Part shown: positions 42,185 through 57,489 of the stretch, piece after piece | Position numbering within the stretch: position 1 is the stretch's first letter | Layout: each line of letters begins with the position of its first letter | Assembly (NCBI RefSeq): GCF_009914755.1 | Contig: NC_060928.1 | From: the human T2T-CHM13v2.0 reference genome, Homo sapiens | DNA: 64,000 bases | Strand: one strand, 5' to 3' | Position numbers and translations under genes: made by a program | The notes under the pieces: generated by a model | Database searches by the model: none | The model's input: only the letters and a program-made list of their open reading frames with translations | Told to the model about the DNA's origin: nothing

Positions 42185-42310
42185 AATGCGTCTGGGCTCC
42201 AGGGTGGTGTAAACTGCACTTCATCATAGTTCCTACCACTCCCTATACGTTCTCACTGCTTTGTCCAATGCTTGCTTGACTCCTGAAGACATCTGAGTCT
42301 GTAACTCTAG
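42185..42310 (+). mobile_element. MER102-like hAT fragment
   Basis: End gcttgactcctgaagacatctgagtctgtaactc resembles the MER102 terminus. Confidence 0.45.
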
Positions 42311-42708
42311 AATTTGAGGAATATTGAAAACTCAATGGGAGCACATAAGAAAACAGCAATGATAAATTAATGTGGGAACAGGTTTCACAAAAAAAAGGTG
42401 AACTTGCAAATCATTCAGCAGATTGGATGGAGTTATACCCCGTTTTTCCTTATCTTAGGGGTTTTGAATTATCTTTATTGAGTCTATTTGTATAATGCAA
42501 TAATATTATAAAATACATTTAGTTGATTTAATTTACTCATCATCTAGTTTTCCCTGTTTTGAAGTATTTTTATAAATATTTTTAAATGTTTCATATTGAA
42601 TATTGTGTGCTCAAAAATAAAATAGATGTTCATTATTTATTAGATAAGCCCTTTGTTACATACAGTAGAAAAAATGCAGAGGAAAAATGTCTTAAAATTC
42701 TGTGGTAA

Positions 42709-45110
42709 GACTTTCGCTTCTGGGGAGAAGGAGTAGATGGAATTTTCCCCATTCCTCCAACTAAATACAACTAAAATCCCTGGAGTATATACATATATGC
42801 ATACAGGTATATACAGGTATAACAGATACATGCACACACACATATGTAAACAATTATAAGAAAACTCTCACAGGTGGGGAGAAGACAGGAGCCTGGACTA
42901 GCTGGGAATCTTGGGTCTGAAGGAAAAACACTGGTGGTGAGTTCCTTGAGTTTTCTTTTTGCCTCATATATTACAGAACCAGCAACTTAAACATGTGAAT
43001 GGGCACAGACAAAGAGACCCTAACCAAAGCCTTCTCTGTCTAGCCAAAGGACTGAGAAAGGGAAGTCTAACAAGAAGACTTCCCTTTTTTATAGAATAAC
43101 TATTTTTATAAAATAACCATTGATACAGTTTTGATTTGTGTCCCCACCCAAATCTCCTGTTGAGTTGTAATCCCCAGTGTTGGAGGTGGGGCTTGGTGGG
43201 AGGTGACTGGATCATGGAAGTGGAATTCTTATGAATGGTTTGGCATCCCCTTAGTGCTGTTCTTGTGATAGTGAGTTATCATGGATCAAGTTTAAAAGTG
43301 TGTAGCGTTTCCTCACCCTCTCTTGGTCCTGTCCCTGTCCTATAAGATACTGCTCCCACTTTGCTTTTTGCCAGGAGTAAAATCTCCCTGAAACCTCCCC
43401 AGAAGCAGGAGCCACCATGCTTCCTGTACAGCCTGTGGAACTGTGAACTAATTAAACCTCTTTTCTTTATGAATTACCCAGTCTCAGGTATTTCTTTATA
43501 GCAGTGCAAGAACAGACTAATACAAGCATTCTACTCTAGCCTACACCACAGAAAAAATAGAGACCCCATGGAGATGGGGAGAGTGGAGAGCCTCATTTTT
43601 CCAGGAGCCAAACCCTCTCCCCCTGACTTTCCACCAGGGTAGTGTCAAAGAAGACTGAGGGGAACAAGATAACAGGAGATAACAGGACTCTCCACTTGTC
43701 CAGTGTCCTTGGAGACCACTTGGGAAGCCTGGACTTTCACCCTTGCCCCTCCTTAAGGGTGTGGTGTCAGAGGAGGCTTACTGGAGAGTAGGGATCTTCA
43801 CCACTGCCTAGTGATAAAGACATCACCCCCATACTGTATTAGTGGAGGCAAAATGGGTTGCTATCGAGAGACACTCCTGCCTCTCTGTCATCTGGTGTCA
43901 ATGGAGGCCTCGCAGAGAAGCCAGAACCTCACTTCTATCTATCAGTAATGAGGAACCCTTCTCCTGATACTGTGTCAATGGAGGTTGAGTGATGGACCTG
44001 GACTTCTACCACCACCTGGCAGTCAGGAGGCTACCCACATTTCTATCCCTGCCAGCAACCCTGCTGGAGTAGTGTCAGAGGAGGCCAGATTAAACAGAGC
44101 ATTAAATAAGAGCCAGAGTCTCATAACACAGAATATCCAGGTTTCAACGGAAAATCACTCATCATAATAAGAACTCGAAAAATGTCAACTTGAATGAAAA
44201 ACAATTAGCATCAAGATGACAGAGATGGTAGAATTATCCAGTGCAGACATTTCACTTAAAAGCATATACAGAACTGCACACAAAAATGTTCAAAATCATT
44301 AGGTATCCTTTGCAAAATCATTAGGCATCAGAGAAAAGAAAATTAAAGCTATAATGGAATATCGCTACATACCGATTATAATGGCTAAAATAAAAAGCAA
44401 TGACAGTGAAAAATGCTGAGGAGGATACAGAAAAACTGAATGATTCATACCTTGATTGTAGGAATGTAAAATGATACAGCTACATCCAAAAACTATTTGG
44501 CATTTCCTTAAAAAAAAAAACAACTAAACATAACACCTTAGCAATTGTCCATCTGCACCTTTATTCCCGAGAAATCAGAGCTTATGTTCACAAAAAACCC
44601 TGTACATGAATGTTCATAGCAGATATACTTGTAACAACCAAAAATTGGGAACAGTCCATCAACGGGCGATTAAGAATACTGTGGTATATCCAAATAGAAT
44701 ACTACTCAGCAATGAAACAGAATAAACCACTAATACACAAGTCTCTAGAGTTTTATGCTGAGTGAAAAAAAGCCAATCTCAAAAAGATCCTACCATATAA
44801 TTTCATTTATATAACATTCTTGGGCTAACAAATTTAAATGGAGAACAGATCAGTTCTTGCCAAGAAGTGGAGAAGGGGTAGAGAGGAAGGGAAGCTTCAA
44901 GGTGGCTATAAAACTAACACAAAGATCCTTGTGATAGAAATGTTTTGTATCTTGACTGTATCAATGTCAATATCCTGGAGGTTGTAATTTGTATTATAGT
45001 TTTACAAGAGGTTACTATTAGGAAACACTGGGTATGGGGTACAGGGGAACTTTATTATTTCTTACAACTGCATGTAAGTCTAGAATTATTTCAAAATAAA
45101 AAGTTAAAAT
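42709..45110 (+). mobile_element. Ancient L1 (L1MCa-type 5' UTR joined to L1MD2-type 3' end), ORFs deleted
   Basis: 5' end gactttcgcttctggggagaaggagtagatgg...tggtggtgagttccttgagttttctttttgcctcatata; 3' end tatttcttacaactgcatgtaagtctagaattatttcaaaataaaaag; junction near 44242. Confidence 0.75.
43121..43524 (+). mobile_element. MaLR LTR MSTA
   Basis: tgtgtccccacccaaatctcctgttgagttgtaatccccagtgttggaggtgggg...gaacagactaataca; TSD accat/agcat. Confidence 0.92.
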
Positions 45111-45290
45111 AATCTAATGGTAAATACTACATGGCTACAGATTATCTTATTATACCTGTGCCTTTAATTAGCATTCTTATTAAAATGGAGCATGTTTTCA
45201 TGTAATTCATAATTATATTCATAATTACCAACTAATTTGAGTAAGTAACTTTTTTTTTCCCTGGTCTAGGTTCCTATTATGAACAGTTCA

Positions 45291-47823
<2,533 letters not shown>

Positions 47824-48616
47824 GAATGGGACTAACACTTCAGGTTGAATACATAAGTTATATGCAGGCTCTAAGGTTACAGTACAGATTCCTCATTCTA
47901 AAACACTACATGTTTATAGGGAACTACTTAATAATGAGAGATTCTTGGTCTAGGAAATTGTCTTATCATAAACAGGGAGCCTCTGGGGCATAGTGGCTAG
48001 AATCAGACTGCACCTCTGTTACGCTAACTCAGAACAGTTCTAGTTAAGCTACAAAAATAGGAAAGGGGGCAAAAGCAGGGTACAAGGGAAAGTTAGTTAG
48101 CTGTTCAAGCCAGTGTAGTTAGCCTTCCCTCAAGTTCAAATATAATCATTTAATGCTTTTACATTATGTATACAAGTCACGTAGTGTCAAAATATTGAAG
48201 CCAAAATGTTAAGAAATACAAGCAGAATATTAAGGTAACAAAATTACAGATTTTGCCTCAATTCTCTCAATCCGGGGGGAAATTGGCCAAACATAATAGT
48301 AGAAGGGATCTGAATATACAATTAATAAGGTTGGGAATATATATCACATATATGCAAAGGAAGAATATGACAATACAACTTATTTCAAATGAACTCACAT
48401 GTTCGGCTATGGACACAAATTGAATCTCAACAAAATTTGGTGAGGGAAAAATAACATTAAAATAGAATGGCCTGGGTACTAATCCAAAAAAAAAAAGAGA
48501 TGAATTGTAGTACTGCACTAGCTACATAGCATTACTGAAAGGAGGAACACTGAACTCAGGAGAAACACAAGCATAATTCAACAAAATGCGGAGTCCAGAA
48601 GCCTCTGGACCCCCCA

Positions 48617-48710
48617 CACTCTTGGCACTCAAGCAGGATCCTCTCTGAAAGGAGGTGGAAATATGCTTCTACCCCCTTTCAGAGATGATCCTGCTTGAGT
48701 CTCAAGAGTG
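48617..48710. repeat. Long inverted repeat (44-bp arms, 6-nt loop)
   Basis: 48617-48660 matches the reverse complement of 48667-48710 at 39/44 positions. Confidence 0.95.
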
Positions 48711-50344
48711 GCAAGCCCATATAATAATGGAATATAATAAAAATAGGGGCAAACAGGCCAAGGATTAACCAGTAGGAATGCAGTGGCACTCTGCTACACA
48801 ACAAGAACTTATATTTGGTAATCAATTAGACATAGAGGGAAAGGTTGAGCTGCTGAGAATTGGGATTGGAAGGAATAGTTTGAAAGATTAGACTCGCCCA
48901 GGCCAGAGGGAATACGGGTCTGAGCCTGTAGTGAAAAAACCTGAACGGAAAGGGTTAGGCCAGAAGACATGCCCCAGGCTTGTGGAGGGCACAGATAGCT
49001 GGCTGTGTGTTATGTGCCATTTTAGTCATCTGGTATAAAGCGCAAGGGAATTATTTCTAAATCAAATTTACTTGTGAAGAGGAAGTGCCAGGCACTATTC
49101 CAGAATGGGCAAAGCAATTAATAGGTTTTGGGGTTGTCTTTTTACATCAAGAGATTTGTTTAGAACAGAGCAGAACTTATCAATAAAACGAGGCATTTGG
49201 ATAAGGCACACTTTAGGATTATCCTATTTTAGAATTTGATAAATCTATATATAAATAAAATCCAGATTAGGTTTTTAAAAATGTATTTTATTGTGAACTT
49301 TATGGAGGAAGATGATTATAATCTGTTTTATTGTGTTTTAAACTTTAATAAAGGATTAAAAATTAAAAATAGAAAAATAATACAAAATAAACATGAATAG
49401 TAATACATTTTTAGTCAATCCCTTCTCACAATATTTGAAATGTGTAATGATAAAATGAATTTTAAGCCAGAAAAGGCACAAACTGATCTCTAATGTTTCT
49501 GGAGATAACACAGTAAAAGCATAATATTACCCAACAATCAAGATTGTTTTAATGTCCAAAAACATTTTACTGACAGAATTATACTGAAAATCTAAATGAT
49601 GAATTATTAAAGAGTAAAACTCACTTATCATTTTTTACTGTTTAAAGATAATATTTAACCTAATTCCAGGAACTTACTGTGACACACTCTTCTATATAAT
49701 CAGTAGCATGCATTGACTTTCTGCTCCTTTTACTCCACTGATTTTGGGATTCACATTATTAACTGCCTGGTACTTTTCTTTTTTAAGTGCAATGTGTTAT
49801 GATGCAGAGTTAATTTGAAAAATACCTTCTGAATCTTACCAGTACTTACTCAAGCAGAAAAACAGAAAAATAAATCATAAATCATTATTAAAGAGCTATT
49901 TTAGATTAAAGGGTACATAAGACACGACGCTATGTGAATGTGTACGTACATGCATCAATTTAAAAATGTAAAAATCAAAAACAGGCAGTTACATCCTTTG
50001 ACTTTTGAATTCTGCTTAATCTTAGTAGGACTTTCCCAATGCTTATGAAATGCTTATAAAACCTAAGATCATCTTTTATCATTTTGAATACATTATTTCA
50101 CAGCAACACTATGATTGATCACTTAGTTTAATTTAGGTTGATGAGCTTCACATATTGTATCTTTTCACTTTAGTATTAACTTCTGTGTTAAAAGAAAACA
50201 AGAGTTAAAAATCCAGTTTTTCTTGTCCGTTTAAATGCAATAGTTAATGAATTGAACAATAATGCTTTTTCTTTAAAAATGGCATATTGAGAGCACTTGA
50301 ATTCAAAATGAGAGAAAATCACAGCATAGCTAACTGGTGTTGTG

Positions 50345-50555
50345 TGCTGTGCCGTAGGCTGGGCACCGATCTAAGTATTTCACATTTATTAACCCATTTA
50401 ATCTTCAGAACCTAGGAAGCAGGTGCACTTATTATACTTTTACAGAGAAGGAAAATCTCACACACAGAAGGTAAGTTGCTTGTTTAAGGTATGAGAGCAA
50501 GTAAAGTTTTGCATTCCGATGTCTTCCGATTCCAGAATGTGTACTTCTGAACCAG
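50345..50555 (-). mobile_element. MIR SINE
   Basis: catttattaacccatttaatcttcagaacc...ttttacagagaaggaaa. Confidence 0.72.
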
Positions 50556-52708
50556 TAACTATTCCATTAACCATAGTCAATTCTAAGGTAACACATTAAA
50601 AGAAAAAACCTCACGTGAAAAGGTTGATATGTAACTATATTCTCAAGGTACATTTGGAAATCTGTTGGGAATTATACTGAAGCATGATATTTTCCCCACC
50701 ACTTTTGCAGTCAATTTGTATGCTTACAATTGTGAATGAGCTATAATAAAGACTGAACTGGCCTACAAATAGGATTTTAATTTTTCTCTTGGGTGGTGAA
50801 ATTTAATAAGTTGGTGAATAATTTACACATCCTGAATTGTTATCTGTATTTTTCTGGATAAAGAAAATATGACTTTGAATATGGATATAAGAGATTATGC
50901 AGGCCAATTGGTCAAGCTGCCAAAGATATGGTTATAACATCCTTTCCTGCAAACAAGCTATGTTTTGCTGGATTCCAGTCAGCTGAACTTTTTCTCTTTT
51001 GTAGTGAAGAATTGTTTCTATTTCTCAGGAGGACACACAGTGACAGAGAATCAGGTTCAATAACTCAGAGCATCTGTCTCAGATGTCCCAGGTTAAGACC
51101 TCTCCTAAAGGTCAAGAACGAATCACAACAGCTGCTTAGTTACCCAGCAGAATAATAAACAGTTCTCAAGCCCAATCTCTCTGTCTGCAAACATACTGTG
51201 TCTCTCACTCTTCACTGCAACATTTTAAGGTGAATTGTAAAGAGTGCTGTTGTTTACCAAGCAGATGTTAGAGTATTAATGGTATACTATTTACATCTCC
51301 TTGGTGGATGTCAAAGTTTGTGTTTGCTTGCCTTGAACCCTCCTTATTAACACAGCTGCCAGAGATGGTCTGTGAAATGTTTGAAACATTGCTGAGAGCT
51401 GCTGCTAGGAACCACATTCTCACCACATTCTCAGCATAGAAATCAATATCAGTGAAAGGTGTCTCATGTTGGTGCATTTATATCAGGCACCTTTACTTTC
51501 AATGTGCTTCCCCATATGCAGATGAATACATCATATTCATTTTGCAAGGCATATCAGGGAATCTCCTTCCAAGATGAAATGAGGCAATCAATATGTATTG
51601 TTTTTGCTGCCTATATCAGTGACTATTCAATATTTAATGGATCTCAAGCTGTGCAGCATTGACTACTCTGGCCAAAATAGTAAGCACCCTAGAAAATCAG
51701 TGCTTGTGTTTAAAGCTTTCTATTTATTCTGCAGAGAAAGAGACAATAAAACAGACTAAAGAATAATGGCAGGTCAGCAATATCTGGGGTGGAACCAAAA
51801 AAAAAATCAGCAATCACCAGCAATAATAAATAAACAAGTTTGTTTTAGAAGACGGAGGTATCTGCTAATTAATTTTGAAAGGCAATATAATGGAATTCCC
51901 TCTGGCTTTTCCATGGGAATACACATCACACAAAAATATTGAGACAACTCTTGAAATCTATCAAAGCTAATCTTACAATGTTCAAACACATGGTCAATTA
52001 TTTTTAGGTTAAATCTACTTACTCAGCTGTGGTAACATAAAAGGCATGAATTTATAAAGTTTTGGGTTTCTTATGGATACAAGTATATTCGTTTTGCAAC
52101 ATTCAAGAGACAAAAGCCCTCTCACCATTTTTTGCTATAGATTATAATCATAAAAATTATGTGATATGCTATCAATGATTCTTTCATAGTTACCATCATT
52201 AAAAAATCTATTCCTGTGATTTCTATAAAAGCAATAACAATTAAATATATATATCCATGGGAATAATTTTATAGCAGGGCTAAGTGAGCAGTAAGGTTTA
52301 GTAGATGTGATGGAATTGGAGATTCTCAAGCCACTTCCTGTTTACCATAGGGTAAAAGAGTAAATGTTTTTCTCTTGTATTTCTAGTTTGATTCTGTGTA
52401 TCAAGTGATTGAATAGATCTGCAATACAATGAAAAGGAAAAACAAAAACAAAAAACCATCAATTCTCCAGGCTTCTCTTTCCCAGATAAGGAGCTATCCC
52501 CAGAGATAGTTTCCCAGAGCCAGGTACTGACCTCAGAGTCCCAACTCCTGGCCACATGAAAACGTGTGTGTGAGCTATGCTTTCTTTTTGTCCTGGAGTT
52601 ATAAAGGTTCTGTTGTTCACAATATCATGTTGGATACCACAGCTCTTGGTTACTGTTAAAAGACTAGTCACCATTTTCACAAAATTTTTACTTTTCTAGA
52701 GTGAAAAT

Positions 52709-52806
52709 TCCACCTCCTCAAACTAAGGAAAAATCTTCCCTTTCCCCAACAGAGTTTACTTTGGGCTAGCACGTTTCTCCACTTCTGTCCCAATGTTCTC
52801 ATTAGA
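52709..52806 (+). repeat. 98-bp direct repeat, copy 1
   Basis: 91/98 identical to 54163-54260, ungapped. Confidence 0.93.
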
Positions 52807-54162
52807 GAACATTGAAAGCACTAAGAATTAGTGCATGCCCAGTAAGTCCCAAGTATGTTTTCAGTGTGCACAAAGGGCTGGGTTTCTATTTAGGTGGAGC
52901 AGGCAGCTGCCGATGTGGTGTGAATTCAGAAGAAGCTCTGACTTCTCCCTCTTCCTTGCCCATTCCAAAATCTGCTTTCCCCACCTGTTCACTGGCTTAG
53001 GACATTCCTTTAACAGTGGATAAAAGCGTTCAATTTATAATTAGAAATATGACTTAGGAAACCCCTCTGCCAGAGAGTCCTAAGCACAGCGGCCGAGGTT
53101 ACTTTATGGGGTGTCAAATTTCTCTTGGCTTTGGCTGCCACCCAGAACATTCAGAAAATCTTTCCACTGTGCTGCTCCCTAGCCTGCCACCATCTTCTTG
53201 ATGTGTAGGACTAGGGCAGCAATAATGTTTCTGTGAGAAGCTTTATTAAAATAGACAAAATTCAAAAGCTGTTACACGTTTTTCAAGTGTAAGTTACACT
53301 ATGTAGAGCCCCAAGATTACTGCTTGGTGTTACAAAGGTGTGCTCTTTTAGAAAAATCCTCTGTGAATCACTAACGTGAAATCTGAGATAGTGCCCCTGG
53401 CATTAGCCTTCTGTCCACATAACCTGCTTCCTTTTCTTTCTACATCATAGTATTCAAATGTTGTGATTGAAGCCCATTTTCAAATGCAAGTTTTAGGTGT
53501 TTAATTTGAAGAAACAAAGTTTCACCCCAGTTTTTAAACTGTTACAGGAAAGTGAAGATTAAAAAAAAATACTTTCCAGAGTTTTTGGAAACCTGCAGTC
53601 ACTTGTAGTACTGGCTTGCAGTTTGTATAGAGCTATACACTTCCTTAACTGTACTGTTCTGTATGTCAGGAAACTACTGAGTGTTTCAGTAAACACATGG
53701 CTTTGCAAGGGTGCTAGCTTGGCTGTTACCTGTCTACACAGCAAGTTATATCCACTCTAGACTGTATCAGCTAGTCCATGTAGTTAAACAGTATTAGAAA
53801 ACATTACTTTTACTATTGATCTAAATTTGTCAGCACATGCAGGGAGGGTTTACAGTAAGCATTTTAGTGTGCCTGGATATAGTATTGTAAATGTCATAGG
53901 GAATTCTTGATGTGCTATACCAGATTTAGGTGTGGCTGGTCATTTTCCAGTAATGCTAGCAGTACATTTAATACCAGGAATTTCTACCTTGAGGCTATTT
54001 CACTTTCAACTTAACCAGTCTAAAGAAATAATACCCCTTGGGTCAGTGTTGCTTCTGAACCCTTTGATCTTAGTGCTCTTCTGCTAGGAACTATAAAAGT
54101 GAAATGGGTAACTTCCTATTGGCACAGGTTAGTTGAGACCTTACCCCAACCTGATATCATTC

Positions 54163-54260
54163 TCCACCTCCTAAAAATAAGGACAAATCTTCCCTTTCCC
54201 CAACAGAGTTTCCTTTGGGCTAGCACGTTTCCCCATTTTTGTCCCAATGTTCTCATTAGA
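54163..54260 (+). repeat. 98-bp direct repeat, copy 2
   Basis: 91/98 identical to 52709-52806. Confidence 0.93.
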
Positions 54261-55392
54261 CATTTTCCCACAATGAATTAGGAAAAAAACAAGATGATTC
54301 TCAGTAAAAAGGGTTAATCACAATGGCTACCCATTCTGGGTAGCCCCACTATGGAAGATAATAATTCATCATCATTGTTATTATTATTGTTTCTGTGAGG
54401 GAGCTTCCTTTGACGGCTGCTGTCAGTTTTCCTTTCCTGAAAACAGAGATTTTGTTTACTTTTGTAATACACACCCTTTGTTTCAGGAAAATTACTGGGT
54501 TGTGTCCGTTAGATTCGTAAAATTAAAGCAAGCTGTTACCAGAGTCATCCATTGTTGTAGAAGAAAACATAAAATATATCACACATTTGAATGAACTTTG
54601 TTAGAGCCTAAAATTTTAAGTGTTCAGTTTCATATCTAAGTTAGGCAAATCATCAGATGGACTGTTATTTGTTTTGTTTTACCTCTGGTGAATAACTGTC
54701 AGAACCATTTATCAAATGGGTATGTTGTATTATTCTTAAGTTAATCTTCCAAGCAGAGGTTGTAGATCTACCAACTGTCAGTTAAAGTTGTTTCTCCTTC
54801 TATCATTTAATTATACTGGACTATTGGGGTCTCACACTTGGTGTGACTTATGAATTAATCATCCAGATTTGAGAAGTAACTGTCCTTTGTATCTCCTGGA
54901 ATACAGAAATCAGACCATCTCCTAGAGAGGGGGTTGGAAGAGGAAATTAGAAATGGGAATGGGTCACTGAAAAAAAAAAAAAAAGAATAATTCCACTGTT
55001 CTTTTTTGAGCATGTGTTAAACTACGGAGAAAGTGTGTTCTTGTTTTGTAACTAAAGAGTAAAGAGTTTTTGGATTCCATATTTAAATGCCCTAGAGATG
55101 CTTGTTAGCAGGAAGCTTTCAAGAACTAGGCAGAGATCTTGAGATTAAGTTGGGCTCCTCTGGGCTATAGGAGTAATTGGGGTGACACTGACCATGTAAC
55201 TGGCACATATACCATAGCTCTGTTATCCTCTATATCCTAGATATTCTTGAAATGAAAGCAAAGCACCATAGCCTGTCCTCATCTCTGCTTTGACATTTAA
55301 GAGCCACAACTTTGTTCATGCTTAGAGTAAATATCAATGAGGAATTGAGTTTAACAACATGGACATCAATGAGGAATGGAATTTTTAACAAC

Positions 55393-55520
55393 TCTTCTGA
55401 ACAGTCTTATCAGGCAGGTAATATTATTATCTTTATTTTATAGTTAGGGAAACAAAAGGAGAGGTTAAATAACTTCTTGTAGGTGCTAAGTGATTTGTAG
55501 TGCTCAGGATCAAAATTTCA
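55393..55520 (-). mobile_element. MIR SINE
   Basis: ggcaggtaatattattatctttattttatagttagggaaac...gagaggttaaataactt. Confidence 0.65.
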
Positions 55521-55524
55521 TTGG

Positions 55525-55670
55525 TTCATTCTTTCATTCATTCATTCATACATTCATTTTGTGCTTTCTATATGCTGGTCACTATTTAAATTGCTTGGGA
55601 TCAACCAAGGAACAAGACAGAAAATATCCTTCCTCTTCTGGAGCTTATCTTCTACTGGGGCAATGGCAGT
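55525..55670 (-). mobile_element. L2a-like 3' end
   Basis: (TTCA)n tail followed by ctatatgctggtcact...gaacaagacag...tggagcttatcttctactgggg. Confidence 0.75.
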
Positions 55671-55914
55671 AGGAGAAAGAACCATCCACCTTATAGATTA
55701 GAGAGGAATTCCTCGGAAATACTAAGAAATTACTCATGGAAGGAAATACTAGAATGAATATACTTTATGTGAATGGGGGGCATGTGGGGACTTGAAGTTT
55801 GAATATCAGAAAGTGAATTTAATTAAAATTAGAATCTGGTACCCCTGCAAGGTGATGTTTCAAGCACAAGAATGTTTAGTGGAGGTAATGCATGCATTAC
55901 TTTTCATGTTAAAT

Positions 55915-56056
55915 TACATATATACAGAGAGTAATGTGTGTGTGTGTGTATATATATATATACACACATATATAATGTGTATGTATGTTTATACATGTGT
56001 GTGTTTATGTGTGTGTGTTTGTGTGTGTATATATATATGTATGTATGTATATATAA
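55915..56056. repeat. Compound (TG)n/(TA)n microsatellite
   Basis: Directly visible. Confidence 0.92.
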
Positions 56057-56597
56057 ATCAACCTAAGTTCCTTTCTACGAATAGCTTTTCTGAAGAAGAG
56101 GAGCACACATAAGAAACCTAAAATTGGGGTAGGCCACAAAATTGGAGAAGGATGGACTATATGTTCTGGTATAATAGTTGTCATGTAGAGACAGTAAGTG
56201 ATTTTTTTTCTAGCTTTATTGAGTATAGTTGACAAAATTTATATATATTTAAGGCATACAATGTGGTTATGTATGTATACATTGTATAATGATTACCACA
56301 ATCAAATTAATACCTCTTTATCCCACATAGTTACCATTTGTGTGTGTGTGTGTGTGTTGTGAGGGCACTTCATATCTGCTCTCTTAAAGTATTTCAAGTA
56401 AACAATACGGTATTATTCACTATAGTCACCATGCTGTACATTAGATTCCCCAGAATGCATTCATTTTATAACTAAAAGTTTGTACCCTTTGAAAAATATC
56501 TCCTCAGTCCCCCACCCCTACCCGCCCTGCCCCTGGTAACCACTGTTCTACTGTTTGCTTCTATGAGTTTTAGTTTTTTTAATTTGACATATAGATG

Positions 56598-57020
56598 TGT
56601 TAACGCAAATTATATGTAGCCTGAGAAGTTCTCCGTACTTCTATATTTGAGTCCTTGTGGATAAATTGTAACCTAGCTTAATAGAGAAGATTGAAAACCT
56701 AACTTAGGAATATGGGCCTGTACCAATAGCCAAGTCATGGCCAAGCCCAGCAGCCATACTTCAACCATTCATACATTGGTGAGTGTTCATACTGTGTTCA
56801 AATAAGGCATACGCTGAGCTGTAACCAATCCAGCTGTTCTGTACCTCACTCCCAATTCCTGTATGTCATTTTCCTGTTTTTGTCTATAAATCTTCTTCTA
56901 CCACATGGCTGAGCTGGAGTATCTCGGAGTCAACTGTGGTTCTGGGGGCTGCCCAATTTGTGAATCATTCATTGCTCAAACTCCTTTAAATTTAATTCGG
57001 CTGAAGTTTTTCTTTTAGCA
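56598..57020 (+). mobile_element. ERV1 solo LTR MER57A1-like
   Basis: ttctatatttgagtccttgtgg...caaataaggc...gctgtaaccaatccagctgttctgtacctcac...aatttaattcggctgaagtttttcttttagca; TSD gatg/gata. Confidence 0.85.
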
Positions 57021-57489
57021 GATAAGAACATAGAGCATTTGCCATTTCTTTGTCTGGCTATTTCACTTAGCATAATGTCCTCCAGGCTCTTTCATGTTGT
57101 TGCAAATGACAGAATTTCCTTCTCTTTATGACTGAATAATATTTCATTGTATAAATGCATCAAAATTTGTCCATTTATCAATTGATGGACACTTAGAGTG
57201 TTTCTAAATATTGGATATTTTGAACAATGCTGCAATAGACATGGGGTGAGAGGACACAGATACAGATATCTCTTTCAGATACTTGCTTAATTTTCTTTGG
57301 ATATATACCCAGAAGTAGGATTGTTTCCATATAGGAGTTCTATTTTTAATTTGGGGGGAACTACTATACTTTCTGGAATTGCTGTGCCAATTTACATTCC
57401 CACTAACAGTGTACAAAGTTTCCCTTTTTCTACAGACCCTTCCCAACACTTACTATCTCTTGTCTTTTGGTAATGAATGTCCTAACAGG

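Noticed and set aside
52709-54260. The 98-bp repeats as LTRs of a small retroelement or as CRISPR-like repeats
   Set aside because: Only two copies; no TG...CA ends, PBS, polypurine tract or TSD; the context is primate DNA.
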